Source: an uncultured Bacilli bacterium (GTDB lineage: Bacteria; Bacillota_I; Bacilli_A; RFN20; CAG-826). From it: 64,000 nt of DNA. Positions 20,242-29,609 of this stretch are shown one piece after another. The DNA is taken from the NCBI GenBank assembly GCA_934700895.1, contig CAKUXV010000001.1, positions 60,070-124,069 of the forward strand. The letters run 5' to 3'. A program made the translations under genes and the position numbers. The notes below the pieces were generated by a model. The model did no database searches. It was given only the letters and a program-made list of their open reading frames with translations, and was not told the origin of the DNA. Position 1 is the first letter of the stretch. Each line of letters opens with the position of its first letter.

Positions 20242-21419
20242 TGATGAATATCGTTCTTTTCTCGGATACTTATCCACCCGAAATTAACGGGGTAGCGACC
20301 TCCACCTATAACTTGGCTACTACTTTAAAGGAGCACGGGGAGAAGGTTTTGGTTGTCACGACCAATCCCTATGGCAACCAGTTCGCCTACGAAGATGGCG
20401 TCGTCCGCGTGCCGGGCATCCAATTGAAGCGTCTTTACAATTATCGTCTTCCTACCCCCTACAACCGAAAGGCCGCTCAAATCATTCGCGATTTTCACCC
20501 TAATGTGATTCATGTTCAAACGGACTCCAGCGTTGGCATTTTTGGTTCGATGATGGCGGATCAACTTCATATCGGAAAAATCTATACGTTCCATACGATG
20601 ATCGAGGATTACACCTATTACATCACCCACGGGCATTTCGATCGCGTTGCCAGACATTGCATCCGCGCTTTTTACCGAGAGAAAACCAGGGACTTTGGCA
20701 CGATTATTTCTCCGAGTGAAAAAACGTATGACTACCTACGCATGGTGGGGATCGATGCCAATGTGGCCGTTATCCCCACGGGCATCGATTTTGATCGATT
20801 CTCTTTGAAAAACGAAGACAAATCTGAAACGGAAGAATTGAAACGGAAATACGGAATCCGGCCGGATGAATACGTGGTTTTGTCCTTGGGACGCGTGGCC
20901 AAGGAAAAATCCATCGACGTATTGCTTCGCGGCTATGCCCGTTTTCTTAAGAATTCCCCGTCGCGCAAAACCAAGTTTGTGATTACGGGCTGGGGGCCTG
21001 CTGAAAAAGAACTGCAAGACCTCGCCCACGAGCTTCAAATCGAATCCAACGTGGTATTCACGGGGAAGGTATCTCCCAACGAAACTCAAAAATTTTATCA
21101 TTTGGGGGATTGCTTCGTTTCCGCTTCCGTCACCGAAACGCAGGGATTAACGTTTATGGAGGCCATGGCGGCATCCTTGCCGGTACTAGCGCGATACGAC
21201 GATAATCTCGTCGGAACGATTCAAGACGGTTCCACGGGGTTCTTCTTTTTCGACGAAAAGGATTTTCCGGAACGTCTTGAACATGTCATGGGCTTAAACA
21301 AAGAAGCCAAAGAAAAAATCATTCAGTCCGCTCTGGGGATCATTGATGTCTATTCCTTGGAACGGTTCTATCAAAACATCATGGAGGTGTATCGCCGTGT
21401 CGTCCGTCAAAACTGGTAA
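20241..21419 (+). CDS. Glycosyltransferase family 4 (probable diacylglycerol alpha-glucosyltransferase / glycolipid synthase)
   Basis: MMNIVLFSDTYPPEINGVATSTYNLATTLKEHGEKVLVV is a GT4 N-terminus, and the C-terminal E-x7-E region (...TETQGLTFMEAMAASLPVL...) is present. GGAGA RBS. Confidence 0.75.
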   Translation: MMNIVLFSDTYPPEINGVATSTYNLATTLKEHGEKVLVVTTNPYGNQFAYEDGVVRVPGIQLKRLYNYRLPTPYNRKAAQIIRDFHPNVIHVQTDSSVGIFGSMMADQLHIGKIYTFHTMIEDYTYYITHGHFDRVARHCIRAFYREKTRDFGTIISPSEKTYDYLRMVGIDANVAVIPTGIDFDRFSLKNEDKSETEELKRKYGIRPDEYVVLSLGRVAKEKSIDVLLRGYARFLKNSPSRKTKFVITGWGPAEKELQDLAHELQIESNVVFTGKVSPNETQKFYHLGDCFVSASVTETQGLTFMEAMAASLPVLARYDDNLVGTIQDGSTGFFFFDEKDFPERLEHVMGLNKEAKEKIIQSALGIIDVYSLERFYQNIMEVYRRVVRQNW

Positions 21420-22203
21420 AGTCATTGCATCGATAGAAAGAAAAAAGAAAGGCGTCCTCGTTACTTTTGATGATGGGACCAAACTTGAAATGGGCCTCCA
21501 TAGTTTCACGGATCAGCCTCTTTATGAAGGAAAAGAAATCTCGTCCCAGGAATTCGCTCAATTAAAGAAGGCGGCTCAATTGGATGAATATTACGATTAC
21601 GCCTTAAAACTTTGCTCTGGAAGCAGTAAAACAATCCATGAAGTATCCGCGAAACTCGAGTCCAAAAAAGCGAGCCAAGAGACGATATCCGCCATTTGCT
21701 CCCGGTTAATTAAAATCGGGTTATTGGATGATGAGATGTATGCGAAGGTCTATGCCTCGGATATCGCGGATTTCAAATCCTACGGCAGAAAGAAAATCCT
21801 TTACCAACTGAAGAAAAAAGGAATTCGAGACGAAGTCCTTTCTACGCTAGTTTTCGACGAAGAAAACGAAAAAAACAAAGCCCTTAAGTACGCGACGTTG
21901 CTCAATAAACGGAACGAAAAAGCTTCTAACGCGAAGAAACAGGCTAAGATGATTCAGGGCTTAATTCAAAGGGGCTTTGACGAAGATATCGCCATTTTGG
22001 CTACCAAAGAATGCGCAAGTGTCAATGACGAAGAATCGGAACGCAACACCCTTCTCAAAGATTATTTTACCTATCGGGCGAAGTATGAGAAAAAATATGA
22101 AGGATATGAATTGCGTCAACGCATTTTTGGTGCTTTGATGCGCAAAGGATACCAATCGCAAGACATTCAAAATACGATGGAGGAAAACGAGAATGCTGAT
22201 TAA
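21397..22203 (+). CDS. recX: Regulatory protein RecX
   Basis: RecX-like three-helix repeats (LDEYYDYALKLCS..., YGRKKILYQLKKKGI...). Start is uncertain: GTG at 21397 has a GGAGG RBS, while the ORF track offers TTG at 21343. The 5' end overlaps the GT4 gene. Confidence 0.6.
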   Translation: MSSVKTGKVIASIERKKKGVLVTFDDGTKLEMGLHSFTDQPLYEGKEISSQEFAQLKKAAQLDEYYDYALKLCSGSSKTIHEVSAKLESKKASQETISAICSRLIKIGLLDDEMYAKVYASDIADFKSYGRKKILYQLKKKGIRDEVLSTLVFDEENEKNKALKYATLLNKRNEKASNAKKQAKMIQGLIQRGFDEDIAILATKECASVNDEESERNTLLKDYFTYRAKYEKKYEGYELRQRIFGALMRKGYQSQDIQNTMEENENAD

Positions 22204-23281
22204 AGATTTAAAAGACGGCGTAGAGGTCTTTGGACCCTATCTAGTTGCTGATTCTAAAAAGTGTGTGAGTTCTGCGGGCAAGCCTTATTTAACGGTGACC
22301 CTTCAAGATTGTTCTGGAACCATTGACGGCAAGAAATGGGATTATCAAGCGGAGGACGATAAGCTTTTTGAAAAAGGAAGCGTCGTCCAAATCCAAGGGA
22401 ATGTTCTTTTATACGCTTCCCATTTGCAGTTAAAAATCAAGACGGCGGAAGCTTTGGATCAAAAAGGCATCGACTGGTCCATCTTCGTTCCCAGCGCCCC
22501 CGTGGATCAGGATATTTTGCAAAAGAAGCTAGACGTATATTTGAATTCCTTCCACGACCCTGTCATCGGAGAGCTCGTGAAAGCGATGCTAAACCGTTAT
22601 ATGGACCATTACCTTCAATGGCCGGCCGCCGTGAGAAACCACCACAATTTTGCATCGGGATTGCTGTTCCATAGCTTAACCATGACGGATTTAGCTCTCA
22701 AAGTATGTGAGATTTATTCGTCTTTGAATCGCGACATCATGCTCGCGGGAACGCTGATTCACGATATCGGAAAAGTCATTGAATTGTCGGGTCCTAATGG
22801 CACCGTTTATACTTTGGAAGGCAAATTGCTTGGCCATATTTCGCTTGGCCATTCCGAGATGCGCGAAATTGCCAAGAATATGGGGTATTTTGAATTCGCC
22901 TCCCTTTCTAGCGCCGAGCAAGAGAAAGAAAGACAAAACAATTCGGAAATCTTCCACCGTTACGAAGTGGCGGTCACCTTAGAACACATTATTTTGTCTC
23001 ACCATGGCAAAATGGAATTCGGAAGCCCTGTTTTGCCCGTGACCCGCGAAGCGCTTGCCATCTCCATGATCGATGACATGGATGCGAAGATGCTTATTCT
23101 AGATACCGCGTATAACGGGACCGCGAAAGGGGAAAATACCCCGAAAGTCATGGCACTAGATGGGAGATATTTCTACCATCCCTTCTATTCGCGCGACGAT
23201 GCTCGCCCCTATGGAACGAGTGTTGAGGAAGAAGAAAAAGACCTCGCTGCGGACGAACCGAAGCAAGGCCAATTGTTCTAG
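22193..23281 (+). CDS. yhaM: 3'-5' exoribonuclease YhaM (OB-fold plus HD domain)
   Basis: The N-terminal OB fold (LIKDLKDGVEVFGPYLVADSKK...) is followed by an HD domain (HSLTMT...LIHDIGK...SHHGKMEFGSP). Confidence 0.8.
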   Translation: MLIKDLKDGVEVFGPYLVADSKKCVSSAGKPYLTVTLQDCSGTIDGKKWDYQAEDDKLFEKGSVVQIQGNVLLYASHLQLKIKTAEALDQKGIDWSIFVPSAPVDQDILQKKLDVYLNSFHDPVIGELVKAMLNRYMDHYLQWPAAVRNHHNFASGLLFHSLTMTDLALKVCEIYSSLNRDIMLAGTLIHDIGKVIELSGPNGTVYTLEGKLLGHISLGHSEMREIAKNMGYFEFASLSSAEQEKERQNNSEIFHRYEVAVTLEHIILSHHGKMEFGSPVLPVTREALAISMIDDMDAKMLILDTAYNGTAKGENTPKVMALDGRYFYHPFYSRDDARPYGTSVEEEEKDLAADEPKQGQLF

Positions 23282-23283
23282 AT

Positions 23284-23700
23284 TTAGCGAATCGCTTTCG
23301 AGATATCGCAGGCCAAGCGCGGCAAATCCATTCCGGAGGTGTCGTTCTCGGCCATTTTAATTTGGAATCCGCCCTCCCCGCGAATATACCGCGGAATGAC
23401 ATGAACGTGGAAATGGGGAACGCTTTGTCCGGCTGCTTCACCGCAATTGGTGAGGATATTCACGCCCTTGGCTCCCAATACAGCCATTTCGGCTTGACCA
23501 ATGCGCTGCGCCACGGCATAAACCTTCATCATCAAATCCTTGGGACAGGATAAGAAGGAATCATAATGCTTTTTCGGCATTACAAGCGTGTGGCCACGAG
23601 TGGCCTGAGAAATATCAAGAATCGCGAGGACGTCATCGTCTTCATAGACTTTGGCGGAGGGGATTTCCCCTTTGATGATTTTGCAGAATACGTCTTCCAT
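23284..23700 (-). CDS. hit: HIT-family (histidine triad) nucleotide hydrolase
   Basis: 138 aa with the HVHVIP histidine-triad motif. Confidence 0.85.
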   Translation of the reverse strand: MEDVFCKIIKGEIPSAKVYEDDDVLAILDISQATRGHTLVMPKKHYDSFLSCPKDLMMKVYAVAQRIGQAEMAVLGAKGVNILTNCGEAAGQSVPHFHVHVIPRYIRGEGGFQIKMAENDTSGMDLPRLACDISKAIR

Positions 23701-23715
23701 AATCGCTCCTTCTCC

Positions 23716-23752
23716 CTATAAAAATAAGGGACAATTGCTTGTCCCTTATTAT
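23716..23752 (-). terminator. Rho-independent terminator after the lipoprotein gene pair
   Basis: Minus-strand sense reads ATAAGGGACAAGCAATTGTCCCTTAT followed by TTTTAT. Confidence 0.6.
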
Positions 23753-23766
23753 AGCGTGTTTTTGGA

Positions 23767-25440
23767 TTAGTCGAAGAGGTCCGGGAACGTCTTTTCAAAA
23801 TAGGAATAGACGTCATCGTCGTGATAGGAGATCGACATTTTTTCCACGAAGTACTGACGAGCAGCCTTTTTGTAGGAATCGCCATCGCCAATGAGGTCCG
23901 CGATGTCCCAAATGATTTGGTTCATCGTTTCACCGGAGGTGCGCTTTTCATAGCTGGTGTCGCTGTTCTCTTTGCTTTGAAGCTTCGGAGACTTGACGGC
24001 TTCGTCCACACGGACGATGTACCAAGTTTTACCGGAGTCATCATACATCGCGTACGGATAGGCTTCGCCGGTTTGAATCGTTTCGGGGCGGAGGTAATAT
24101 TCGCCCTGAACGCGCCAAGTGAAGGTGTCTTTGATCGTTTCGGTGATATCTTTGTCCGCGTAAGCCGGGTTATCGACTTCGTTGGCCACCTGGGTCTTGA
24201 ACAAACGGGTCTTCATGGAAGAGGGGAGATCGCTCAAGCCGGAAGAGGTGTACCATCCTTCAGTGACTTTGCTGGAAGCAACGATATCGCGGGTCTTCAT
24301 TTCAAGACCAGTGACTTTGGTATAAGCTCCGGAATTGGTGAAGTCTGTGGTCGATCCGGTTTCCCAGCGAGAATCGCTGAGATCCTTGAAATCGAGGACG
24401 AGTTGGCCATAGGTCGTTTCGCGATAGGTGGCTTCGGTCGTGTAGAGCAAGTCGCCATCCGCGTTGGTGACGTTATAGGCAGCAACGGCGGTGAAGCCAG
24501 CTTCATTGTAGATGCTATTTAAGACCGTCGCGTAAGAGGTTTGCTCTTCGGCGGTGAAATAGCCGGAATAAAGACGATTCAAGAAGTGGAGGTCTTTGTA
24601 AACGCCGGCGAATTCGCCAAGGTCGCTATCCTTCTTTTCCAAGACGTTCTTGCAATAGGCGCGAACGAGGGAACGGGTGGAGGATTCATATTTGTCGAGG
24701 TTCGGCAAGGCGACGTATTGGACCTTACGGGCATAGGAACGTCCGAGGGCGCCATAGTTGTTGTCGATGAGGTATTGCTCGACTAAAGCCTTGCGATAAG
24801 CGTTCGGCAACAAGGAACGTTCAATATAATCCTTATAATAAGAGAAGAATTGATCGTTTTGGACGTGGAAGTAACCCATGACGTCCTTATAGGTCTTGGA
24901 GCCGTCGATGGCGCCGTCATTTTTGAAGGTGACTTCGCTATCGAGCTTATAAAGTTCGGCTTGTTGGGCTTTGACAAAGAGTTCTTCGTGGAAGCGTTGG
25001 TTCTTTTGATAAGAACTATTGCTGACCACGGACCAGAAGGACTTCATGATGGAAGTCACGATGGAATTGTGGAAATCCAAGGCTTTGGTCGTCGCGACTT
25101 CGTCACTGATACCTTCGCGGAAGAAGGCGGTCGGTTTGACGCCGTCGTTTAATTTCCAAGTTCCGGTGGCATCGCAGGTATAATCTGCAAAGAAATCGCC
25201 GAAATAGGATTTGGCATAGAGATAAAGAACGTTGTTGAGGATCTTTTCGCTATTGGTATCCCCGCTGACGACGACTTTGTCATAAATCTCAAGGAGTTTA
25301 TTTCCAAAGACGTCGGTATCTTTGAGGATGGTCTCGTTTTGGTCGGCCTTTCCGAGGCTCATTTCGACATCGCCGCAAGAAGCGAGGCCGAGGGTCATCG
25401 CAGCAAGGAAGGCTGCGGAGAAGATTTTGATTTTCTTCAT
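23767..25440 (-). CDS. Large lipoprotein of unknown function (557 aa)
   Basis: Signal peptide plus lipobox MKKIKIFSAAFLAAMTLGLASC. GGAGAAACGAAC RBS. No recognised domain. Acidic, Tyr/Lys-rich. Confidence 0.7.
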   Translation of the reverse strand: MKKIKIFSAAFLAAMTLGLASCGDVEMSLGKADQNETILKDTDVFGNKLLEIYDKVVVSGDTNSEKILNNVLYLYAKSYFGDFFADYTCDATGTWKLNDGVKPTAFFREGISDEVATTKALDFHNSIVTSIMKSFWSVVSNSSYQKNQRFHEELFVKAQQAELYKLDSEVTFKNDGAIDGSKTYKDVMGYFHVQNDQFFSYYKDYIERSLLPNAYRKALVEQYLIDNNYGALGRSYARKVQYVALPNLDKYESSTRSLVRAYCKNVLEKKDSDLGEFAGVYKDLHFLNRLYSGYFTAEEQTSYATVLNSIYNEAGFTAVAAYNVTNADGDLLYTTEATYRETTYGQLVLDFKDLSDSRWETGSTTDFTNSGAYTKVTGLEMKTRDIVASSKVTEGWYTSSGLSDLPSSMKTRLFKTQVANEVDNPAYADKDITETIKDTFTWRVQGEYYLRPETIQTGEAYPYAMYDDSGKTWYIVRVDEAVKSPKLQSKENSDTSYEKRTSGETMNQIIWDIADLIGDGDSYKKAARQYFVEKMSISYHDDDVYSYFEKTFPDLFD

Positions 25441-25452
25441 GTTCGTTTCTCC

Positions 25453-27570
25453 TTACTTCTTATAGCAGGCGCCCGGTTTTCCGGCGTGGGTGCCGCTGGT
25501 GACGATGCCCCAGATGTTCTTTCCATCACGGGCGTCGGCGGTGTTGTAGGTCAAGGCCGCGACTTCGGAGATAAGTTTTTGAGAACCGTCTTCGCGGGTT
25601 TCGCGGGAAGCATCTTCGCGAAGGAGGAATTCCGCGTATTTGGCCCAGGCTTCGTCGATGGACTTTTCTGCGTCTTCCGCGTTCTTCTTTCTTTGCTGCT
25701 TCGAATAGTTATAAACGGAATCCATGATCGTTTTGACCGTGGCGTTCTCCACATTGAATTTCGCATTGGTTTCTTTGACCAAATATTGGACTTCATAGGT
25801 GTCGAGGTCGCTAGAATAGGCGGCTTTGACTTTGCTCTTTAAGTCTTCGATGTTGGTCTTGTAGTTTTCCTTGGTGGTATCAAGGCCCATGGTGATGAGG
25901 GTCGTCTTGTCCATCTTGGTATCGCCAACCGTGTATTGCGGATAGCTCTTAGATTCAGCCGGGTTTTCGAAGGTGTAGTATTCGGAAAGCGAGGTGATGT
26001 CTTTGCTGGAACTCGTTTCGGTGGTTTCGACGTATTTGCCGTTGTCGAATCCAGCGTAAGCGATGAGCGGGCTGCGTTCCACGACGATGAAGTGGATGCC
26101 TTTGGTTCCGGAATCGCCTCGGACGGCTAGGATGATTTGTCCTTTTTCGTTAGTGAGGACGTTTTCGGCGTTGCCACTGGCGTCTTTCACGTCAAGGATG
26201 TCTTTGGTGTTATTTTGGAAACCAGGGAGTTTCGCGTAATCGTTATCCAACGTGCCTTTCCAAGCAGCGTCTTCCGCGGCCTTTTTGTAATAGCCTTCCA
26301 CTTCGGCGTATTTGGTGGCGGCAGCTTCTTCGCTGGCTTGGGTGAATCCCGCTTCGACGACATCGTTATAGGCGATGCGGTTCGGGGTGATCACGGCAAT
26401 GCGGTGCGAGTTGAAGTATTTGTTCCAAATGACGTTGCGCGGCATATAGGCCGAATCATTGTCATTGACTTGATATTGCTGCGACGGGAAGTTCTTGTTG
26501 ACTTGGTCGTTGGCCAAAGCAACGGCGGCACCGAAGGGAATCGTGCCGATTTCGCCTAAAACGCCGTTGGAGGCAGTGGCTTCGGAAAGAAGGGTTTCCT
26601 CACCTTTTTCGTTGCGGAATTTGGCGTCTTCGGAATACATGATGGCCGATTTGTTGGCATCTGCATCTTTATGCGTGCTCTTGTTGAAGAAGAGGTCGTA
26701 GGCATAAACGCCGTATTGGAATCCTTGAACGAAGGAAGTAGAAGTATCCATGATGCCGAGGTTCCCGTATTTTTCAGCGGATCCGGTATCTTTGGAATAG
26801 GTTTTGGCCAATTCGCCAAAGGTCATGCGTCCGTCGGCGACGGATTTCTTGCCGTTATCGCTATCGACGGTGCTGGCGCCCGCCATCATCAAGATGACAT
26901 CGCCAAAGGTTTTGGCTTCGGTTTCGCTGACCGAGGTGCTCGTGGCATCGGATTCGCTCGCGCTAGAAGCTTCGAGCAAAATGTGCGAAACGTTGTACGG
27001 CATGCGGGTCTTTAAATAACCTTCCGACCCTTTGCCAAAGTTTTCGTCTTCGGGGAAGAAGCTGTTGCCGTTGGAATCCTTGCCATCGCGCATCTTCACC
27101 AAGTTGGCGTCGCTTTGATAGTCGGTGTTGAATTTGTCGGATTCGACTTCGTAGAGTTTCTTTTGATAAAGCTCTTCGACATTGTCAACATCTTCGCCGT
27201 CCAACAAAGCTTCCAACTCAGTCGCATAAGACGTGCCATTGTTTTTGGCATTGGTCTCCGCTTGGTTCTTGATACCGTCAACTTTGGTTTGAGCCGAGGA
27301 CTTCAAAAGACTGAGGTCGCCGGCGCGGCTCGGATCCTGGTAGTACTTACGGATTAGAATTTCTTTGATTTTGTCAAAATCGCTGCTTGCGGTGCTGCTG
27401 CTGGCTTGATAGTCCTCAAACAATTCTTTGGTTGTATAGTTCGTGACTTTGCCGTTCGCATCGGTGAAGCTAATCGCGACACCCTCTTTGTAGCTGGTCT
27501 CATTGCAACCCACCAAAGTGGCAAGGGCCGTGAGGCTAACTAAACATGTGAGGAGTTTGGTTTTCTTCAT
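25453..27570 (-). CDS. Large lipoprotein of unknown function (about 706 aa), possibly with a divergent parvulin-like segment
   Basis: Start at MKKTKLLTCLVSLTALATLVGC (lipobox) with a GGAGGA RBS. It is 12 nt upstream of the next lipoprotein gene, which suggests an operon. Weak PpiC-like motifs (NVSHILL ... GIHFIVVERS) are present but are separated by a very long insert. Confidence 0.65.
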   Translation of the reverse strand: MKKTKLLTCLVSLTALATLVGCNETSYKEGVAISFTDANGKVTNYTTKELFEDYQASSSTASSDFDKIKEILIRKYYQDPSRAGDLSLLKSSAQTKVDGIKNQAETNAKNNGTSYATELEALLDGEDVDNVEELYQKKLYEVESDKFNTDYQSDANLVKMRDGKDSNGNSFFPEDENFGKGSEGYLKTRMPYNVSHILLEASSASESDATSTSVSETEAKTFGDVILMMAGASTVDSDNGKKSVADGRMTFGELAKTYSKDTGSAEKYGNLGIMDTSTSFVQGFQYGVYAYDLFFNKSTHKDADANKSAIMYSEDAKFRNEKGEETLLSEATASNGVLGEIGTIPFGAAVALANDQVNKNFPSQQYQVNDNDSAYMPRNVIWNKYFNSHRIAVITPNRIAYNDVVEAGFTQASEEAAATKYAEVEGYYKKAAEDAAWKGTLDNDYAKLPGFQNNTKDILDVKDASGNAENVLTNEKGQIILAVRGDSGTKGIHFIVVERSPLIAYAGFDNGKYVETTETSSSKDITSLSEYYTFENPAESKSYPQYTVGDTKMDKTTLITMGLDTTKENYKTNIEDLKSKVKAAYSSDLDTYEVQYLVKETNAKFNVENATVKTIMDSVYNYSKQQRKKNAEDAEKSIDEAWAKYAEFLLREDASRETREDGSQKLISEVAALTYNTADARDGKNIWGIVTSGTHAGKPGACYKK

Positions 27571-27613
27571 GTGGAATCGTTCCTCCTTCGTCTGAACGTA
27601 GCCTTTGAAGTTT

Positions 27614-27629
27614 ATACTCTTAAGAGTAT
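27614..27629. promoter_or_regulatory. Perfect 16-bp palindrome ATACTCTTAAGAGTAT in the promoter region of the lipoprotein operon
   Basis: Exact inverted repeat about 45 nt upstream of the lipoprotein ATG; a candidate operator. Confidence 0.4.
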
Positions 27630-28113
27630 CAAGGCAATAAAAATAATTCGGGATGATGAGCGATTGTTCATTAAGGGATGAAAAGAAGAAATCGAACGAT
27701 TTTCCTTTCGAGTTCAACCAGCCAAATTTTGCTGGATTGTGCTAAAAAACACATCCTTACTCAAAGTTTAATTTTAATGTATAAGAAAACGACAAATGTA
27801 AACGGAATGAAAACGACAAATTCTACCTTATATTCTTAATTAGTTAAGAAAGATTTGAAAAATTACGCGGATTATTATTTAAAAATGCTGAACATGAATG
27901 TACAGCAAAAAATAATTATATTTTGATGATTTAAAAATTATATTTTGACTTTGGTTTCGCTAGGGAAGGCGGATTTGATTTGCTGTCTCCAGAGCACGGA
28001 TAAATCTGTTTCTTGAGCGAAAGCGAACATTATTTGCGTTTGACGTTATCGTTTCGTTTGATAGGCTATGCCTAGATGCATAAAATAGACAGGCTCTTTC
28101 GGAGGCGCTTTTT

Positions 28114-28935
28114 ATGTCCACACTAAAAATTGAAAATTTACATGTATCGGTCCAAGACCACGAAATATTGAAAGGGGTAGACCTCGAATTGAATGAAGGC
28201 GAAACCTTGGCCCTCCTTGGCCCCAATGGTCACGGCAAGAGCACGTTGCTCGCCGCGATCATGGGAAACCCCAATTACGCTGTGACGGAGGGGTCCATTA
28301 CCTTGGACGGGCAAGATGTCTTAGCCATGAGCGTTGACCAACGCTCGAAATCCGGCATCTTCCTTGCCTTCCAATATCCCAGCGAAATCCCTGGGGTGAA
28401 TAGCGCTGATTTTTTGAAGGCTGCCATGAATGCTCGCCGTCAAAAACCGATGTCGCTTTTTGAATATTATTCCAAACTCCAAAAGGCTTATAAGGAAACG
28501 GGCATCCCGTTTGAGATGAGCAACCGCAACCTAAACGAAGGCTTTAGCGGCGGAGAAAAAAAGCGCAACGAAATTCTCCAAATGAAGTTGCTTGATCCGA
28601 AATTTGCCTTGCTAGATGAAATCGATTCGGGCCTTGATGTGGACGCCATCAATATCGTTGCCAAATCCATCGAAGAAGAGCAGGCCAAAGGACGTGGATT
28701 TCTTGTTATCTCCCACTATGCCCGTTTATACGATTTGATTCACCCTACTCGCGTGGCCATCATGATCAACGGTCGTATCCGCGTTAATGGCGATCCTTCT
28801 CTCATCGAACGCATTGACCGTGAGGGATATGAATGGATTAAACGGGAACTCGGCATTGAAATCGAAAAGGAAAACCCGGGCATGAACAACGTTTCCATTG
28901 GCGTCTGTGCCGCGAAAGAGAAAGCGGGTATCTGA
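28114..28935 (+). CDS. sufC: Fe-S cluster assembly ATPase SufC
   Basis: Walker A (LLGPNGHGKST), ABC signature (FSGGEKKRNEI) and Walker B are present. First gene of the suf cluster. Confidence 0.9.
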   Translation: MSTLKIENLHVSVQDHEILKGVDLELNEGETLALLGPNGHGKSTLLAAIMGNPNYAVTEGSITLDGQDVLAMSVDQRSKSGIFLAFQYPSEIPGVNSADFLKAAMNARRQKPMSLFEYYSKLQKAYKETGIPFEMSNRNLNEGFSGGEKKRNEILQMKLLDPKFALLDEIDSGLDVDAINIVAKSIEEEQAKGRGFLVISHYARLYDLIHPTRVAIMINGRIRVNGDPSLIERIDREGYEWIKRELGIEIEKENPGMNNVSIGVCAAKEKAGI

Positions 28936-29609
28936 TGAAAACGACTTTAACTAACCAAGATATTCAAGCTGCTTCCTATTCGGTGAAAGAAGGGGAAGAA
29001 CTACGCCTTAATTTGGCGAGTTTCGATTCCTTCCCTTCTACGGATATTGAAGTCCACGTTGCCAAAAACGCCAAATTTATTGGTGCCTTAGCGGATTTTT
29101 CTCAAGGGAGTGGAACGTTCCGCCTTTCCGTTTTCCTAGAAGGAGAAGGCGCGTCTTGCGAATTCCATGGCGCTGTTTTATCCAAAGGGAGCGATAGAAA
29201 GACGATTGAAGCCAGCTGCTTCCATTTGGCCCCGCATACCGAGGGAGTCATGGAAAATTACGGCATCAGCGAAAACGAAAGCCACCTTGTTTTCACGGGA
29301 GTTAGCCAGATTCAGCACGGAGCTCGCGCTTCCAAAACCCGACAAGCCGCCAAAATCATCGTCTTCGATCCTCGTTGCTTAGCCCGTTGCTCGCCGATTT
29401 TGAAAATCGATGAGAATGACGTATCGGCTTCTCACGCGGCAATCGTCGGCAAACTCAACGAAGACCACATGTTCTATTTGATGTCCCGCGGGCTGGATTC
29501 CAAAGAAGCCCGTAGACTCATTACTTTGGGTTACTTAACGCCCATTGAAACTTATTTCGGTGAAGCGGATCGCTCTCGCATCGACGAGGCGATCGAAGGA
29601 GGAATCTAA
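28935..29609 (+). CDS. sufD: SufD-like Fe-S assembly protein, short form (224 aa)
   Basis: The C-terminal SufB/SufD beta-helix motifs ([35 protein letters not shown]) parallel the SufB C-terminus in this same window. It is roughly half the usual SufD length. Confidence 0.7.
   Translation: MKTTLTNQDIQAASYSVKEGEELRLNLASFDSFPSTDIEVHVAKNAKFIGALADFSQGSGTFRLSVFLEGEGASCEFHGAVLSKGSDRKTIEASCFHLAPHTEGVMENYGISENESHLVFTGVSQIQHGARASKTRQAAKIIVFDPRCLARCSPILKIDENDVSASHAAIVGKLNEDHMFYLMSRGLDSKEARRLITLGYLTPIETYFGEADRSRIDEAIEGGI

Noticed and set aside
23821-27357. Multiple plus-strand ORFs (for example 23821-24522, 25339-25842, 26137-26559, 26671-27015)
   Set aside because: They are antisense to the two lipoprotein genes and have Gly/Asp/Val/Phe-rich reverse-frame composition. 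None has a start context.
27960-28226. 88-aa minus-strand ORF overlapping the sufC start
   Set aside because: It overlaps the sufC RBS and start on the opposite strand. It has no RBS of its own and no homology.
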